A stretch of 64,000 bases of DNA from Lama glama (GCA_028534125.1 CM052817.1:96722001-96786000), one strand, 5' to 3'. Shown: positions 23,472 to 37,178, numbered from the stretch's first letter. The notes: generated by a model from the sequence alone, not told the origin. Numbers and translations: made by a program.

Positions 23472-25299
23472 AGACTTGCTTTTTGACTTTATTGAATGTC
23501 TACTTTTTTTCTGCAAATCAGGGATGTCTCAGGGTCCATAAATCTGAGAGAAAATGTATGCAATATAGTGACACATCACAACAGGATTGTTTTCCCCTCT
23601 TCCCTTTGTCTTTAGAGGTCAAGAGTTCTTTTTCTGTGGTGCCTGTATTGTATTGCCTAATTTCTTCTCTCCCTGGTACACAGAGCTGATTGAAGTCTCT
23701 TTTCAAGATTTCTGCGCAATATGCATTCTTTGAGTGTAGTTGTAATTGTGGTTTCGATTGAAATATTAAACCTGCAAATGATTGGGAATATCAAAATGAA
23801 CGTTCATATCGCAAAAGATTTTATTTGCTCTTTAGAGAACAGGAAATAGGTTAATTTTTCTGGCATTTCTGAGACACAGGCACATTGCAAAAGTTCATTA
23901 TGCTCACCAGCTCACTTAAGGATATATGTACCTATGAAGTGACAGAGTGATAAATTTATTACCCAATTTGCTGTTTGTTATAAGGAAGTTGCCGTCTGGA
24001 AAGGCCTCAGAACCCTCTCCAACTACCTCCCCTTCTGGCTTTTCGTTTCCTGTGTCTGGGAACCTCGCTGCTTTCTCTCATGGCCATCATGTTAAGTAAT
24101 TATTCTCATGTGCAGTGACTGGGCTAACCGTCAGCGTTTGGCTCACAGCACAGTTATTCTCATTTCAGTGATGGAGGGTGGAAACCATCCCTAACTGCAA
24201 AGATCGTTCCCATGGTTGAGGAAGGAGCAATGGTTTCAGTCCTGCCCCCATCTGGGAGGCACTGAGTGTGTGAAATGTCGTGGTTGGTGATACTCCTCCA
24301 TCAGACAGTTCAGATCACAGAAGAGGGTGCTGTGTCCTAAACTTAAACAGTGAGGCATAAACGTTTTACTTTTGAGAAAAGGATTTTCACATATACACTG
24401 TGTGTCTGGGTAATGTTGCCCTAATTCCAGCCTTCTGAGCAGTAAAAGCAGATGTTCTGGCTATTTTATTCTGAAATGTTTCTATAGTGTCTTTATCTTA
24501 TGAGCTGCCAGCATGTGAGTGTTCTTTCTTTATTATCATGCGAAGTTTATACAGTTAGTATAAAGAGTGTGTGAACTAAAATGAAAGAGGATGGGGCATG
24601 AAGTTTACTATCTCTGAAGCTGATTCTAAGACTAGAGTGGTTAAATAAGGAATGTTCTAAGAAATTCTGTCAAAACAAAATTGATATACAGCCAGAAATT
24701 CTACAACTGCTTTCTGGATCTACCATAATCTCTTGGGAGCGAGAATAACTGCTTTCTATAGCTACGATTTTATTTTTAACCAGGTCTAATTTTTCTTGGA
24801 AAAACTTTCCAACACTATAAAGTTAATAGTAGAAATTAGGTTCAGTAATAGAGCAGAATGTAAGTATCATTCAGTGTAATTTTTGGTAGCCTTATCTTTA
24901 AATTTGAACATCAAAACTTTTACAAAACCACGTGCTCTAAAATGTTTATTTAAATTTGTAATGTTTGAAGAGTCCAGTGTTCCTGGACTCAAGAAGCAAA
25001 AATCAAGTGTGCCCTCAGAAAGATTTGATACTATTTTTGTGGATGTGCAAATTTAGGGGTCGCTTTTTAGAATTTAAACTTCTCTAGAGTTTCATTGATG
25101 TGGTTGGACATCACGGCTGACTTGGAGACTAGTATAAGTAACAGGAGCTAGTCAACTCGTGCTTCCTGTAACACTTATCCTAAACATGGGAGCCCTTTAT
25201 TTTAGATCAAATTTTATACCAGAAGGTGATTGGGATGGGCAACTGATTGACCGTTTCGTTACTCAGTTAGATCAGGTCTCTCATCTCTAAATGTTCTTC

Positions 25300-26075
25300 A
25301 TTTATTCATTCAGTAAATATTTATTGACCTCTGACTATATACCAGTCATTGGGGAAACAGCAGTGAACAAAAACAATCACCCTTGCCCTAATGGAGTTTA
25401 CCTTCTAGGAGAACAAGATAATAATAAGCAAGTTCATAAGTAAATATGTAGTAAGTGAGATAACTGCTAAGGAGAAAAGTAAATAAGGGGAGAGGAATAA
25501 AAGAATGGGGAGAGGATATTCATTTTAGAGTGAGTGGCTGAAGAAGACCTTAATACAAGGTGATGCTGAGTAAAAACTAAAACATGAAAAGAGCACACCA
25601 TGCTACTGTCTGAAGTAAGGGCATCCAGCCAGAGGCAAGTGCAAAGGCCCTGGGGCAGGAATGTGCCTGGGGCAGGGGGAGATGTTAAAGGAACAGTAAG
25701 GAGTCCATGGTGGTTCAGTGAAAGGGAGAGAGAAGTAACAGATGAGGTCACATGGATACTGGGGTAGGCCAGGCAATGGAGCGGGAAGCAGATAACACAG
25801 GGGGTAACAATATATATAATCTATTTATTGTCCAAACCAGGATGCTTTACAAGTGAAAGGAAACACTATCAATAATTGCATTTGGACAACAGGCATAAGC
25901 CAAGACTGCCCTAGAAAAAAATAGGAAACATAGTCACTCTACCTATACACCTTTTTAAAGCCATTAGCCTTTTTCTCTGAGTGAGATCGGAAGACTTTAG
26001 AAGGTTATGAGCAGATGCACTACATGATCTGGTTTACATTTTAACAAGGACACTCTGGCTACTGTGTTGAGAAGG
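25300..26075 (-). mobile_element. L2 fragment interrupted by a hAT element
   Basis: Starts with the reverse L2 tail TTCATTCAGTAAATATTTATTGA. Includes GTGCAAAGGCCCTGGGGCAGGA and ACATGATCTGGTTTACATTTTAA. Confidence 0.75.
25799..25941. mobile_element. MER94-like hAT-Blackjack MITE
   Basis: Degenerate AGGGTGAC/GTCACCCT-type termini (AGGGGGTAAC...GTCACTCT). Internal GTCCAAACCAGGA and GGACAACAGGCATAAGCC. Confidence 0.65.
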
Positions 26076-27031
26076 ATTTCTTGAATCAATGAAAGAAAAA
26101 TATGCAGTCTTAAAATATGTTATGCCTACCAACTTATAGCCTGAGAACACTACCTCCTAATGCTTAATTAGTGTTCACTCTGTGCTAAGCTAACGCATTT
26201 GATCAGCACAGTAAATTATCATGCACAACTGTTCCCTGAAAAGGAAGAAACTGAGGCACAGTGTTTAAGGAAGGTCCTCGAGGTTACACAGCTAGCAAGT
26301 AGCAGAGCCAGGATTTGGATCCAGCTTGATCCCAAAGGCTATGCCGTTAGCTAAGATGCCACACAGCTTCTCTTCCATATGCTCGTAAGGCAAACTTGAT
26401 AGTCCAGATGTCATCCCTAGTGCAGAAATATATTTTCAAAGACTGCGTTCAAAGATAAAGTCATCCCTTTTCCTCTCCTGCATTAAATGCAATACTTCTT
26501 TAGTTGCTTATGTAAGACAGAAGTAACACACTATAAAGGAAAGTGTGTACAAAATAGACTGGTCTCCAGAATAACATTTATGTTGTTAAGTCTTGCCGAT
26601 TGCATTGGAACATCTGGTAAACAGATTTTTGTATTCTATACTCTTTGTCATGTTGGTGAATTCAACTGACAGAAGGGAGCCAGAAAAAAAAATCAACTGA
26701 AAAAATAATATTAAGTTCTTTGATGCACTGATTGCCTAGCCACATACATCTGCTCATCTGGTTGGAAGGACACTTTTTGCCTCATTCAGTTATCACTGGA
26801 AAGGCTAGGCAATTTGTGGGTATGAGATAGAAAAATGAGTGTCTGTGGCTAGCATACAGTTTCAGTTGCAGTACAAACATCTGATTTTATTGATCAAACG
26901 AAATATTGCATTTCTAGATGTTCCTCCCTAGGAGTTTACCAGATGCACAGGACTTAAAAGGAGAATGTGAAAGTGTAATGAGTGATATTTGAGAATATGT
27001 CGCAAATGATATTTAGAAAGAAGCTAGAAAT

Positions 27032-28817
27032 AAAATACCTAGGAATAAACTTAACCAAGGAGGTGAAAGACCTATACTCTGAAAACTATAAAACATTGAT
27101 GAAGGAAATTGAAGATAAGGCAAAGAAATGGAAAGATAGCCCATTATCTTAAATTGGAAGAATTAATATTGTTATAATGGCCATACTACCCAAAGCAATC
27201 TACAGATTTAATGTGATCCCTAGCATAATACCTACGACATTTTTCACAGAACTAGAATGAATAATTCTAAAATTTATATGGGACCACAAAAGACCCCAAA
27301 TTGCCAAAGCTATCTTGAGGAAAAAAAGAACAAAGCTGGAGGTATCACTGTCCCTGACTACAGACAATACCACAAAGCTACAGTAATTAAAACAGTATGA
27401 AACCAGCATAAAAAAACAGACACATAGATCAATGGAACAGAACAGAGAGCCCAGAAATAAACCCACACACTTATTGTCAATTAATCTTCAACAATGGAGG
27501 CAAAACTATACAATGGAGAAAAGACAATCTCTTCAATAAGCTGAGCTGGGAAAACTGAACAATTACATGTAAAACAATGAGGTTAGAACATTTCCTCACA
27601 CCATATACAAAAATAAACTCAAAATGAATTAAAGACCTAAATGTAAGAACTGAAACCACAAAACTCCTAGAAGAGAACATAGGTAGAACAATTGTTAACA
27701 TAAATCATAGCAATATGTTTTTGGATCTGTTTCCTAAGACAAAAGAAATAAAAGCAAAATGAAATAAATGAGACCTAATTAAACTTAAAAACCTTTGCAC
27801 AGCAAAGGAAACCATTGACAAAACAAAAAGGCAACCTGTTGAATGGGAGAAAATTGTTGCAAATGATATGACCAAGAAGGGGTTAATATCCAAAATATTC
27901 GTACAGCTCAAATAAAAAAAAAAAAAAACTCAATCAAAAAATAGGCAGAACATCTGAATAGACATTATTCCAAAGAAAACATACAGCTGGCTAACAGGCG
28001 CATGAAAAGATACTTAACATTGCTAATTAGTAGAGAAATGCAAATCAAAACAACAATGAGATATCACCTCGCATCTGTCATGATGGCTATCATCAAAAAG
28101 TCTACAAATAACAATTGTTGGCAAGGATGTGGAGAAAAGGGAACCCTTGTACACTGTTGATGGAAATGTGAATTGGTGCAACCACTAGAAACAGCATGGA
28201 ATACAGTATGGAGGTTCCTCAAAAAACTAAAAACAGAACTAACATATGATCTGCTCCTAGGTATATATCTGGAAAAAATGAAAATACGAATTGGAAAAGA
28301 TACATACACCCCAATGTTCATAGTAGCATTATTTACAATAGCCAAATATGGAAGCAGATAAATGGATAAAGAAGATGTGGTGTATATATGCAGTGGAACA
28401 CTACTCAACCAGAAAAAAAGAATGAAAGTCTTTCTTTTACAGCAATGTGGATGGACCTAGAAAATATTATGCTTTGTGAAGTAAGTCAGGCAGAAAAAGG
28501 CAAATACTGTACGATATCACTTGTGGAATCTTAAAAAAAAAAGAATGTATATAGCAAAACAGAAGCAGGCTCACAGATATAGAAAACAAACTAGTGCTTA
28601 CCATTGTAGGGGACGTAGGGGTATTGGACTAAGAGATATAAACTACTACTTGTAAAATAGATAAACAACAAGGAGATATTGTATAGCACTGGGAATTATA
28701 GCCATTATTTTGTAACAACTTTTAATGGAGCATAATCTATAAAAATACTGAATCACTGTTACACACTTGAAATTAATATAATATTGTAAATCAGCTGTAC
28801 TTCAATAAAATTTTAAA
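27032..28817 (+). mobile_element. 5'-truncated L1, ~1.8 kb (3' half of ORF2, degenerate, plus 3' UTR)
   Basis: Begins with [26 protein letters not shown] coding text and has many stops and frameshifts. Ends CTTCAATAAAA. TSD AAGCTAGAAAT at 27021-27031 and 28818-28828. Confidence 0.95.
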
Positions 28818-29809
28818 AAGCTAGAAATCCTCAATTTTAAAAAATTTCATGTGAAATTGAATTAAATGGTTTCATTAAATCTGAAGATTTTTGAATAAGG
28901 AACTTTATTAACTTTGCTAATTTTAAAAGCAACCAGTAAAGCAAACAACTCTGAGCATGTTCAAAACATCCAAAATCATTCCTTTCAAAGTGTAGAAGGT
29001 AATGGACACACGTCTCTTTGCCAAATAAAACCCTATCCCACCTGGGTTTTATGTCAGATAAAGCCCCAACTCACACATTTACTAAGTGTCTACAGAAAAC
29101 ACAAAGAAATCTAGGACCGCACCGCCATGCCTTTGAGCGGCCCACGTTCTATGTGAGGATACAAACATATACTCAATCGAGTTAGCCCAAATGCCAGGGA
29201 AAGTTTATACTCAGTGTTTTGTGAATTTTTTGAGACCACGGAACACAACTTTACGGAAAAGGAACATAACATTTTGAATGTCAGACACCTACTAGCATTT
29301 TCTTTAAAAACAGAAAAGCTGTCATCTCTCCTTCTCCTAAAGTAACATACACAGCTAAACCAAACGTCATCAAGTTAACCTCAACATACACAGATATAAA
29401 ATTAGGTTTCAGCATGTTCCATTACTGCTATAGGAAGTGGTCATTTATTTTAAAACTTTAAAAAATATGAAACGGATTAAAAAGCACTGATTACAGACAG
29501 TAAATGTTATGAGAGTTTAAGTCGGACTGGTGAAATTTTCCACACAATCTCACTGAGGTTATTTTTGTTAAATGACATATTTTGGGTATGACAGTTTCTA
29601 GGTAAAACTTGGAGGTTTAGCTGTAATCTGGTTACTATATTATTCTAAGACAAGATTAGTAAGGGAGGGTTGTTAGAGAAATTTACCAAAGTGTAGCATA
29701 TGAAGACAGATCTAAAAGAAAGTCTTTCCTAATATCAATAACAAAATTTGCATTGCAACATCCATAAAAAAGAAATTTAATTTATCAAAACTTCTGACTA
29801 GATTTTCTT

Positions 29810-30255
29810 TAATTTTTTAAAATAAAATTTTAATTTTGGAATAACTTTAGATGTACAGAAGTTGCAAAGATAGTACAGAGAATTCCCACATACCCTTCGC
29901 CCAGCTTCCCCGAATGTTAATATCTTACATCATCAAGGTATGTTTGTTAAAACTAAAAATAATATCAGATTTCACAATTTTTAAAAGTATGTGCCTTTTT
30001 ATGGTCTTTTAAAAATTGCGATAAAATGTGTGTAACATAAAATGTATCCTTAGTGACACTCAGTACATTCACAATGTTGTACAAACAGCACCACTATCTA
30101 GTTCTGGAACATTTTAATCACCCCGAAAGGAAACCCCGTACCCACAAAGCAGCCACTCTCCAATACCTCCCTCTCCGAGCCCTTGATAACCACCAATAGG
30201 ATTGCACAGTTTCTGTTTCCAGGATTCACCCCAGATACTGCGTTGCATTTAGTCA
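29810..30255 (-). mobile_element. nested old L1 3' fragments (L1MC/L1MB-type)
   Basis: Two different reverse L1 termini, at ~29820 and ~30010. Confidence 0.65.
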
Positions 30256-31018
30256 TATTTGTTTTTCACTCTTTAGGTCATGTAAAGCTGTTTCTAAATA
30301 TTTTATACTGTGGGGAAGCGCCAGTTAATATGCTTGATTGGTGTTCAAGGAAACGGGCCAGCTAGTCCTCACTCTCCTCTGCACCAGTCTAATAGCCACT
30401 CACCTGGCTTTCTTGTCTCTGGTTTTCTCACCACCACCATCTCTACCTGTCTTAGGTAACACTGGCTAAATGTCTCCTCCTCATCGCGTGTTTCTTGCCT
30501 CTTTTATTAGCTAGTATCCTGAGTGTTATCCTGCACCGTGGTCTACTGATGGTATCTTGCTTTTCTCCACAAGAGCGTAAGTTCCTGAGGCAGGAACCAT
30601 GCTGCCTTCCACAGCAAGTAACATAGTCCTATGCATAAGGCATACAGCCACTGACTAGATTGCAAACGGAACTTACCATGGTCTTACAATGCGCTTAATA
30701 CATACTCTCAAGAAGGTATTCAGGGCTATGGGAAAGGTGTGAGCATTGGCTTTTGCAATCTTACGATTATGCCTTTACACTTAGATAATTTGTTGAAACT
30801 TTCCCTGCTTTTTGTTTGGAGGAAATAGTTAGCCTCACAGTAATATTTTTATTGGTTTTAGGGAGTGACCTCAAAATTGCCTCCAGCTCCTGGGTCACCA
30901 TAAAGGAGGGGAAGTAAATCCGCAGGGAAGTCGTAAGCACTGAGGTGATGTTCCAGGGCTGAACTTGCAAGCACTGAGGACTCACCGCATGGCCTTTCTC
31001 CCGTCTGATTCTCTGACC

Positions 31019-31206
31019 CAGGGGTGGGCAAGCCACAGCCACGATGAGCCCAATCTGGCCCAAAGCCTATTTCTGTTAATGAAGTTTTTATTGGAACACA
31101 GCCATACCCATTGCTTACAGAAATAGTTTCAACAGATACCAGATGGTCTACAAAGCGTAAAATATTTACTATCTGGCCGTTTCCAGAAAAAGTTTATCAA
31201 CCCCTA
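31019..31206. mobile_element. MER58A-like hAT-Charlie MITE
   Basis: TIRs CAGGGGTGGGCAA...TTATCAACCCCT. Internal TTTTATTGGAACACAGCCA and AAAATATTTACTATCTGGCC. Confidence 0.8.
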
Positions 31207-31999
31207 GGGCATCTCACCAACTGCCCTGCCCCTGCCTTTCATCCTTGCTTCTCATCCTCCTCCATTTTGTCCCAGAGGAGGTCAGAGCTCAAGATCTGAG
31301 CTTCGAAAATATGACTAAGTCTTCATAACCTTATATATTCTTAATTGGCTTATATCTACAACCCCCTTCCCCAAACAGTAAATGGGCATAATCCCAAAAG
31401 ATCAAAGTATGTTTCCTTTTTTAAAATGGTTTGCGATTGATCTTGAATAAATCGCTTGATCTCTCAAGTCATTACTTTTGTATGAAAAAATAAAAAATGC
31501 CCATCGCACGGAATGCCATTCACAGTGACACATAGTAGGCCTGTTCCTGCGGTGACTGCTGACATCGGTGAGACGATCCGCCCAGGGCTCTTCCCCTCCC
31601 TTCTTCCTCCCCATTTGTGTTAGCAAACATCAGAACTCTGGCCTCCTTGAGAGTCTTAACAACTGGGTATCCTTGAAAACTGCTGGACAAAATCATGCAT
31701 TTTCTGATCAAAACTGAAGTTTTAAACGCTTTGTCATGCGCTTAGAGATGTTCGTTCCAATGTCTTTCAAGTAATTAAGAACAGCACTAAACCAGGAGGC
31801 CAGATCTTTGGACAGCTACTTATGTTTCAGTTAAAAAAGAAAAAGAATGAAGTAAAGAAGATGTTTGCTTTTATTCTAGGGAAATGTCATACAAAACAAA
31901 ACAAAAAAATTAGAAGTACTCTCCAGAGATCTTAAAGATAAAAGCTTTACATACTTGAAATTATTTGATCAGAAAATCACTACATTTCATATTTCTTTC

Positions 32000-32154
32000 T
32001 TTTAATTATTATTATTTTTTAATTTGTATGGGGGATGCAATTAGGTTTAATTTTAGGTTTATTTATTTATTTTTTTAAATGGAGGTACTGGGGATTGAAC
32101 TCAGGACCTCATGCATGCTAGGTAGGTACTCTACCACTGAGCTATGCCCTCCCC
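32000..32154 (-). mobile_element. tRNA-derived SINE (Vic-1-like)
   Basis: Reverse complement of the same SINE (GGAGGTACTGGGGATTGAAC...CCACTGAGCTATGCCCTCCCC), flanked by ATATTTCTTT direct repeats. Confidence 0.9.
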
Positions 32155-32402
32155 ACTTATATTTCTTTGATAGGCCAATTAAATTATATGGTCATAACTA
32201 AAAATAGATGAATTTTTTTATCTTTGGGAAATAAAATTTAAGGAATATTTATTTGCTAATGGATAGAAAGGCCATGTTCTAGACAAAGGGGAAGATGGGG
32301 GAAATACAAGAAATACCCCATGTTCCAAAATGCTGTGTGTATGCACTTGTGTATGCATGTGATTTTGCAGCACAGCTATCGTGGGTATACATCAGACCTT
32401 TT

Positions 32403-32540
32403 CATTTTTTTAATATTTTAATTTTATTTTGGGGGGTAATTAGGTTTATTTATTTATTTACTTAACAGAGGTACTGGAGATTGAACCCAGGACCTCATAC
32501 ATGCCAAGCATGTGCTCTACCACTGAGCTATATTCTCCCC
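32403..32540 (-). mobile_element. tRNA-derived SINE (Vic-1-like)
   Basis: Reverse-strand SINE. TSD ATCAGACCTTTT (32391-32402) / ATTAGACCTTTT (32541-32552). Confidence 0.9.
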
Positions 32541-32858
32541 ATTAGACCTTTTTAAATTATTGGGGAAGGAAGGAGGAGCCACAGGGGATGGGAGAAAGAA
32601 GTCAGAGTTGGGTGATGGAGATCCATCCTTGGGACTCTACTCTTAAGACGCTGTGTAACTCATCAGGCACACCAAAGATAGTTCATGTACACTTCAGGAA
32701 GGGGTGGGGTAAGGGAGGAGGGAGGGAGGGAGGGAGGGAGGCAGCCTAGAATCTCAGAATGTGAAGAGTCAACAGTTGTAGTTCCAACTATGTGAACCAG
32801 AACTTGGAGCTATTTATAATTTTACAGAGACACTAATTCAAATTGGCCCTGCTTAAGT

Positions 32859-33000
32859 GGGGAGGGTATAGCTCAGTGGTAGAGCACCCACTTAGCATGC
32901 ACTAGATTCCATCCCCAGTGCCGCCATTAAAAAAAGGAATAAATAAGTAAATAAACCTAATCCCTCTGCCTCAAAAAAATTAAAAAACAAAAACAAAAAA
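32859..33000 (+). mobile_element. tRNA-derived SINE (Vic-1-like)
   Basis: A box intact, short internal deletion before the B box. Perfect 16-bp TSD CAAATTGGCCCTGCTT at 32839-32854 and 33001-33016. Confidence 0.9.
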
Positions 33001-33489
33001 CAAATTGGCCCTGCTTGCAGGCTGATATAATAAAGGCTGTCTCTCAGCTGATAGACCAGAGTTCACCTCTACTGCAGTTTTGAAATTTTTTACTTGTTTG
33101 CAATAACTCTAGTAACTCTCATAAAATGATAAATATTTGGTTTGTAGAAATGGCTCAGAAGAAAAAAACTGGTACTCGAATTGAAGATGTCTAATAAAGT
33201 AGTATTTCTTAGCCAGAAATTTTGGATAGTTGAATGAGTGGAGAAAAGCAAGTGCCTTAGGGCTTAATACTTGTCATTCAATCACTTTTTAGGTTCTGTG
33301 ACCCTCAGTATATCCCCATATTCTGTTCAAACTACCTCTTCTCTGCTAAAGACACACAAGATCCATGACTAATGGTTAAGGTGCTAATTTTTATGTTATT
33401 TCTACTGCAATCAAAAAAAAAATTTAATTTCAAACTATGCATTTAAATGAAAATGTAAAAGTATACAACAAGGGATAAAAAGGAAGATC

Positions 33490-34565
33490 TCAAAATCACA
33501 GTCTATAGAACAAATAAAAAAACTGATTAATAAGACCTCATCAAAATTTTAAACTTTTCCTCTGAAAAGAAACCTCTTAAGAGGATGAGAAAATGAGCTA
33601 CAAACTGGAGAAAATATTTGCAATCAACATGTCCAACCAAAGGAGCGATATTTAGGATATAATAAAAACTCTCAAAACTCAACAACAACAAAAAAATCCA
33701 GACAGGAAATGGGCAAAAGATATGAACAGAAATTTTATTGACGAGGACATAAAAGTGGCCCCTAAACAGGTGAAAAGATGGTCCACATTATTAGCCATTA
33801 GGGAAATACAAAATTGAAACCACAGTGAGATATCACTACACACCTATCAGAATGAGTAAAATTTAAAAATAGTAACAACACCTAAAGCTGGCAAAGATGA
33901 GGAGAAACTGAATCACTCATAGATTGCTGGTGAGAATGGGAAATTGTAGGACCACTCTAGAAAAGAGTTTGGAAGTTCATTATAAAACTAAGCATGCAAT
34001 TACCATGAGACCTAGCAATTGCTCTCTTGGACATTTATCCCACAGAAATGAAAATTACATTCATGCAAACACCTGTTTGTGCATGTCCATAGTCGCTTTA
34101 TTTGTAATGCCTGAACCTGGAAGCAACCCAGATGTTCTTCAAACAAACTGGTATATTCATTCCATAGGGTACTACTCAGTGATAAAAAGGAACAAGCTGT
34201 TGATACACGCAATAACTTGGATAAATCTCAAGGGAATCATGCTGAGCAAAAACAAACAAACAAAAAAGCCTATCTCAAAATATTACATACTATATGATTT
34301 TACTTAATTCCATTCATATAACAACCTTGAACTGACAGAGTTATTGAGAAGGAGGACAGATTAATGGTTGCCAGGAGCTAGGGATTTCAAGGGAGAGAGG
34401 AGGGTAGTGTGGTTATAAGAGGTCATTTTAAGGGATCCTTGTGATGGATCTGGTCCATCTTGGCTGGTGGTTGATACACAAACCTACACATGTGATTACA
34501 TTGCATAAATACAAACAAATGAGTCATACTGGAGAAATATGAATATCACTGGATCATATCAATGT
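33490..34565 (+). mobile_element. old L1 (L1MC/MD-type), ORF2 end plus part of the 3' UTR
   Basis: Degenerate ORF2 C-terminus (WYIHSIGYYSVIKRNKLLIHAITWINLKGIMLS in ORF 33924..34307). Confidence 0.85.
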
Positions 34566-35534
34566 GAAAAAATGGTTGTACCAGTTTATATTCCCACCAG
34601 CATTATATGAGGGTTCCAGTTCCTCCACATCCTCATCAACACTTTTATTATTGTCAGTCTTTTTCATTATAGCCATTCTAATGATGTGTAGTGACATCTT
34701 AGTGTGGCTTTAATGTGCATTTCCCTATGATGAATGATGTTGAGCATTTTTCATTTTCATGTACTTAGCTATTTGTGTTTCTACTTTGATGAAAGGTCTA
34801 TTTAAATCTTTCACTCTTTTTAATTATGTTATTTGTCTTTATTTGTTTAATTGTAGGAATTCTTTATATACTCTGGACAGAAGTCCTTCATCAGATACAT
34901 GATTTGCAAAAAAATAAATAAATAAGTCATAAGATATATAGTTTGCAAATATTTTTTCCCACTCTGTGGTTTTTCTTTTCATTTTTTAAATGGTGTCTTT
35001 TGAAGAGTAAAACATTTTAATTTTGATTAAATCCAGTTTATCAAATTTTTCTTTTACGGATCATATTTCTAATGTCATAACTACAAAGTCTTTGCCTAAG
35101 TCAAGATCACAGAGAAAGGCTCTTATGTTTTTTCTAACAGTTTTATAATTTTAGCCCTTACATTTAGATCTATGACCACAGTTAGTTTTTGTGTACTGTA
35201 TGAGGTAAGCATCTAAGTTCCTTTTTTTCAAAGACATATCCAAGTGTTCCAACACCTTTTTAAATTTTTAACATTTTTATTAAGATAGAATTAACATATT
35301 ATATTAATGTCAAGTGTACAACATAATGATTTGCTGTAAGTACATATTGCCAACACCATTTACTGAAAAGACTATTCTTTCCTCACCAAATTATCTTGGC
35401 ACCTTTGTTAATACTTAACTGATGATAAATGTAAGGGTTTATTTCTGGACTTTGTTTTCTATTCCAATTACCTGTGTGCCTACTGATATGCCAGTACAAT
35501 CCAGTCTTGACTACTGTAGTTTATAGTAAGTTTA

Positions 35535-36150
35535 TGTTTTGGTTTGGGGTGGTTTTTTTTTTAATTTTTTATTGAGTTATAGTCATTTTACAATGTTGTG
35601 TCAAATTCCAGTGTAGAGCACAATTTTTAAGTTATACATGAACATATATATATATTCGTTGTCACATTTTTTCCCATTGTGAGCTACCATAAGATCTTGT
35701 ATATATTTCCCTGTGCTATACAGTATAATCTTGTTTATCTATTCTACATTTTGAAATCCCAGTCTGTCCCTTCCCACCCTCCGCCCTCTTGGCAACCACA
35801 AGTTTATATTCTATGTCTGTGAGTCTGTTTCTGTTTTGTATTTATGTTTTGTTTGGTTTTTTTTTAGATTCCACATATGAGCGATCTCATATGGTATTTT
35901 TCTTTCTCTTTCTGGCTTACTTCACTTAGAATGACATTCTCCAGGAAAATCCATGTTGCTGCAAATGGCATTATGTGGTCAGTTTTTATGGCTGAATAGT
36001 ATTCCATTGTATAAATATACCACTTCTTCTTTATCCAGTCGTCTGTTGATGGACATTTAGGCTGTTTCCATGTCTTGGCTATTGTAAATGTGCTGCTATG
36101 AACACTGGGGTACAGGTGTCATTTTGAAGTAGGGTTCCTTCTGGATATAT
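35535..36150 (-). mobile_element. young lineage-specific L1 3' end running into the gap
   Basis: Well-preserved reverse 3' UTR and ORF2 end (IYPEGTLLQNDTCTPVFIAA), cut by Ns at 36151. Confidence 0.9.
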
Positions 36151-36650
36151 NNNNNNNNNNNNNNNNNNNNNNNNNNNNNNNNNNNNNNNNNNNNNNNNNN
36201 NNNNNNNNNNNNNNNNNNNNNNNNNNNNNNNNNNNNNNNNNNNNNNNNNNNNNNNNNNNNNNNNNNNNNNNNNNNNNNNNNNNNNNNNNNNNNNNNNNNN
36301 NNNNNNNNNNNNNNNNNNNNNNNNNNNNNNNNNNNNNNNNNNNNNNNNNNNNNNNNNNNNNNNNNNNNNNNNNNNNNNNNNNNNNNNNNNNNNNNNNNNN
36401 NNNNNNNNNNNNNNNNNNNNNNNNNNNNNNNNNNNNNNNNNNNNNNNNNNNNNNNNNNNNNNNNNNNNNNNNNNNNNNNNNNNNNNNNNNNNNNNNNNNN
36501 NNNNNNNNNNNNNNNNNNNNNNNNNNNNNNNNNNNNNNNNNNNNNNNNNNNNNNNNNNNNNNNNNNNNNNNNNNNNNNNNNNNNNNNNNNNNNNNNNNNN
36601 NNNNNNNNNNNNNNNNNNNNNNNNNNNNNNNNNNNNNNNNNNNNNNNNNN
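36151..36650. other. assembly gap (500 N)
   Basis: Run of exactly 500 Ns. The round number suggests a placeholder length. Confidence 0.99.
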
Positions 36651-36939
36651 AGAAAACTGCCATCTTAACAATATTGATTCTTCCAATCCATAAACACTTA
36701 TTTATATCTTTGATTTCTCCAGTATTTTGTAGCTTTCAGTATACATGTCTTACATTTCTTTAGTTAAATTTATTCCTTAGTATTTTATTCTTTTTTGATG
36801 CTCTTTTGAAAGGCATTGCCTCTTAATTTCATTTTTGCATTTTTCATTTCTAGTATATAGAAATGCAACTGATGTCTCTATATTGCTCTTATATCCTGTG
36901 ACCTTGATGAAATCCTCACCATTATTCTTATAGCATCAG

Positions 36940-37178
36940 CTTATTTTTTACTGCCAGTGTTTGATGGCAAAGAATACAATGACCCAGAACAATTTGGTGC
37001 CACTGCCTTGATTCATGCTAAGGCACCAGCAGTTTTACCCACTGTTGCTTTTGCACCAACCATGCAAGCGTCCACCAGCAGAAAAGGCAGTAATTTCAGT
37101 ATTATCTTGATCCTGCAGACCCCATGAAGGTCTCGGGGATCCCCAAGGGTCCTCAGACAACACTTAGAGAACCACTGA
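36940..37178. mobile_element. hAT-Charlie DNA transposon fragment (MER119-like)
   Basis: GGTGCCACTGCCTTGATTCATGCTAAGG...ACACTTAGAGAACCACTG terminus. Confidence 0.6.

Larger units (their letters stand above)
34570..36910 (-). mobile_element. old L1 ORF2 segment hosting two younger L1 insertions and the assembly gap
   Basis: Antisense ORF2 text at 34570-35530 resumes at 36651-36910. Nested inserts at 35261-35349 and from ~35535. Confidence 0.8.

Noticed and set aside
28342..28351. CArG box CCAAATATGG
   Set aside because: It lies within L1 ORF2-derived sequence and is consistent with the chance frequency of the motif.
17732..28408. ORFs with reverse-transcriptase-element similarity (17847..18200, 21706..22017, 27200..28408)
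   Set aside because: Fragments or antisense frames of 5'-truncated, frameshifted L1 copies. They are neither functional genes nor a novel RT system.
36079..36686. 194-196 aa ORFs
   Set aside because: Artefacts of translating through the 500-N gap.
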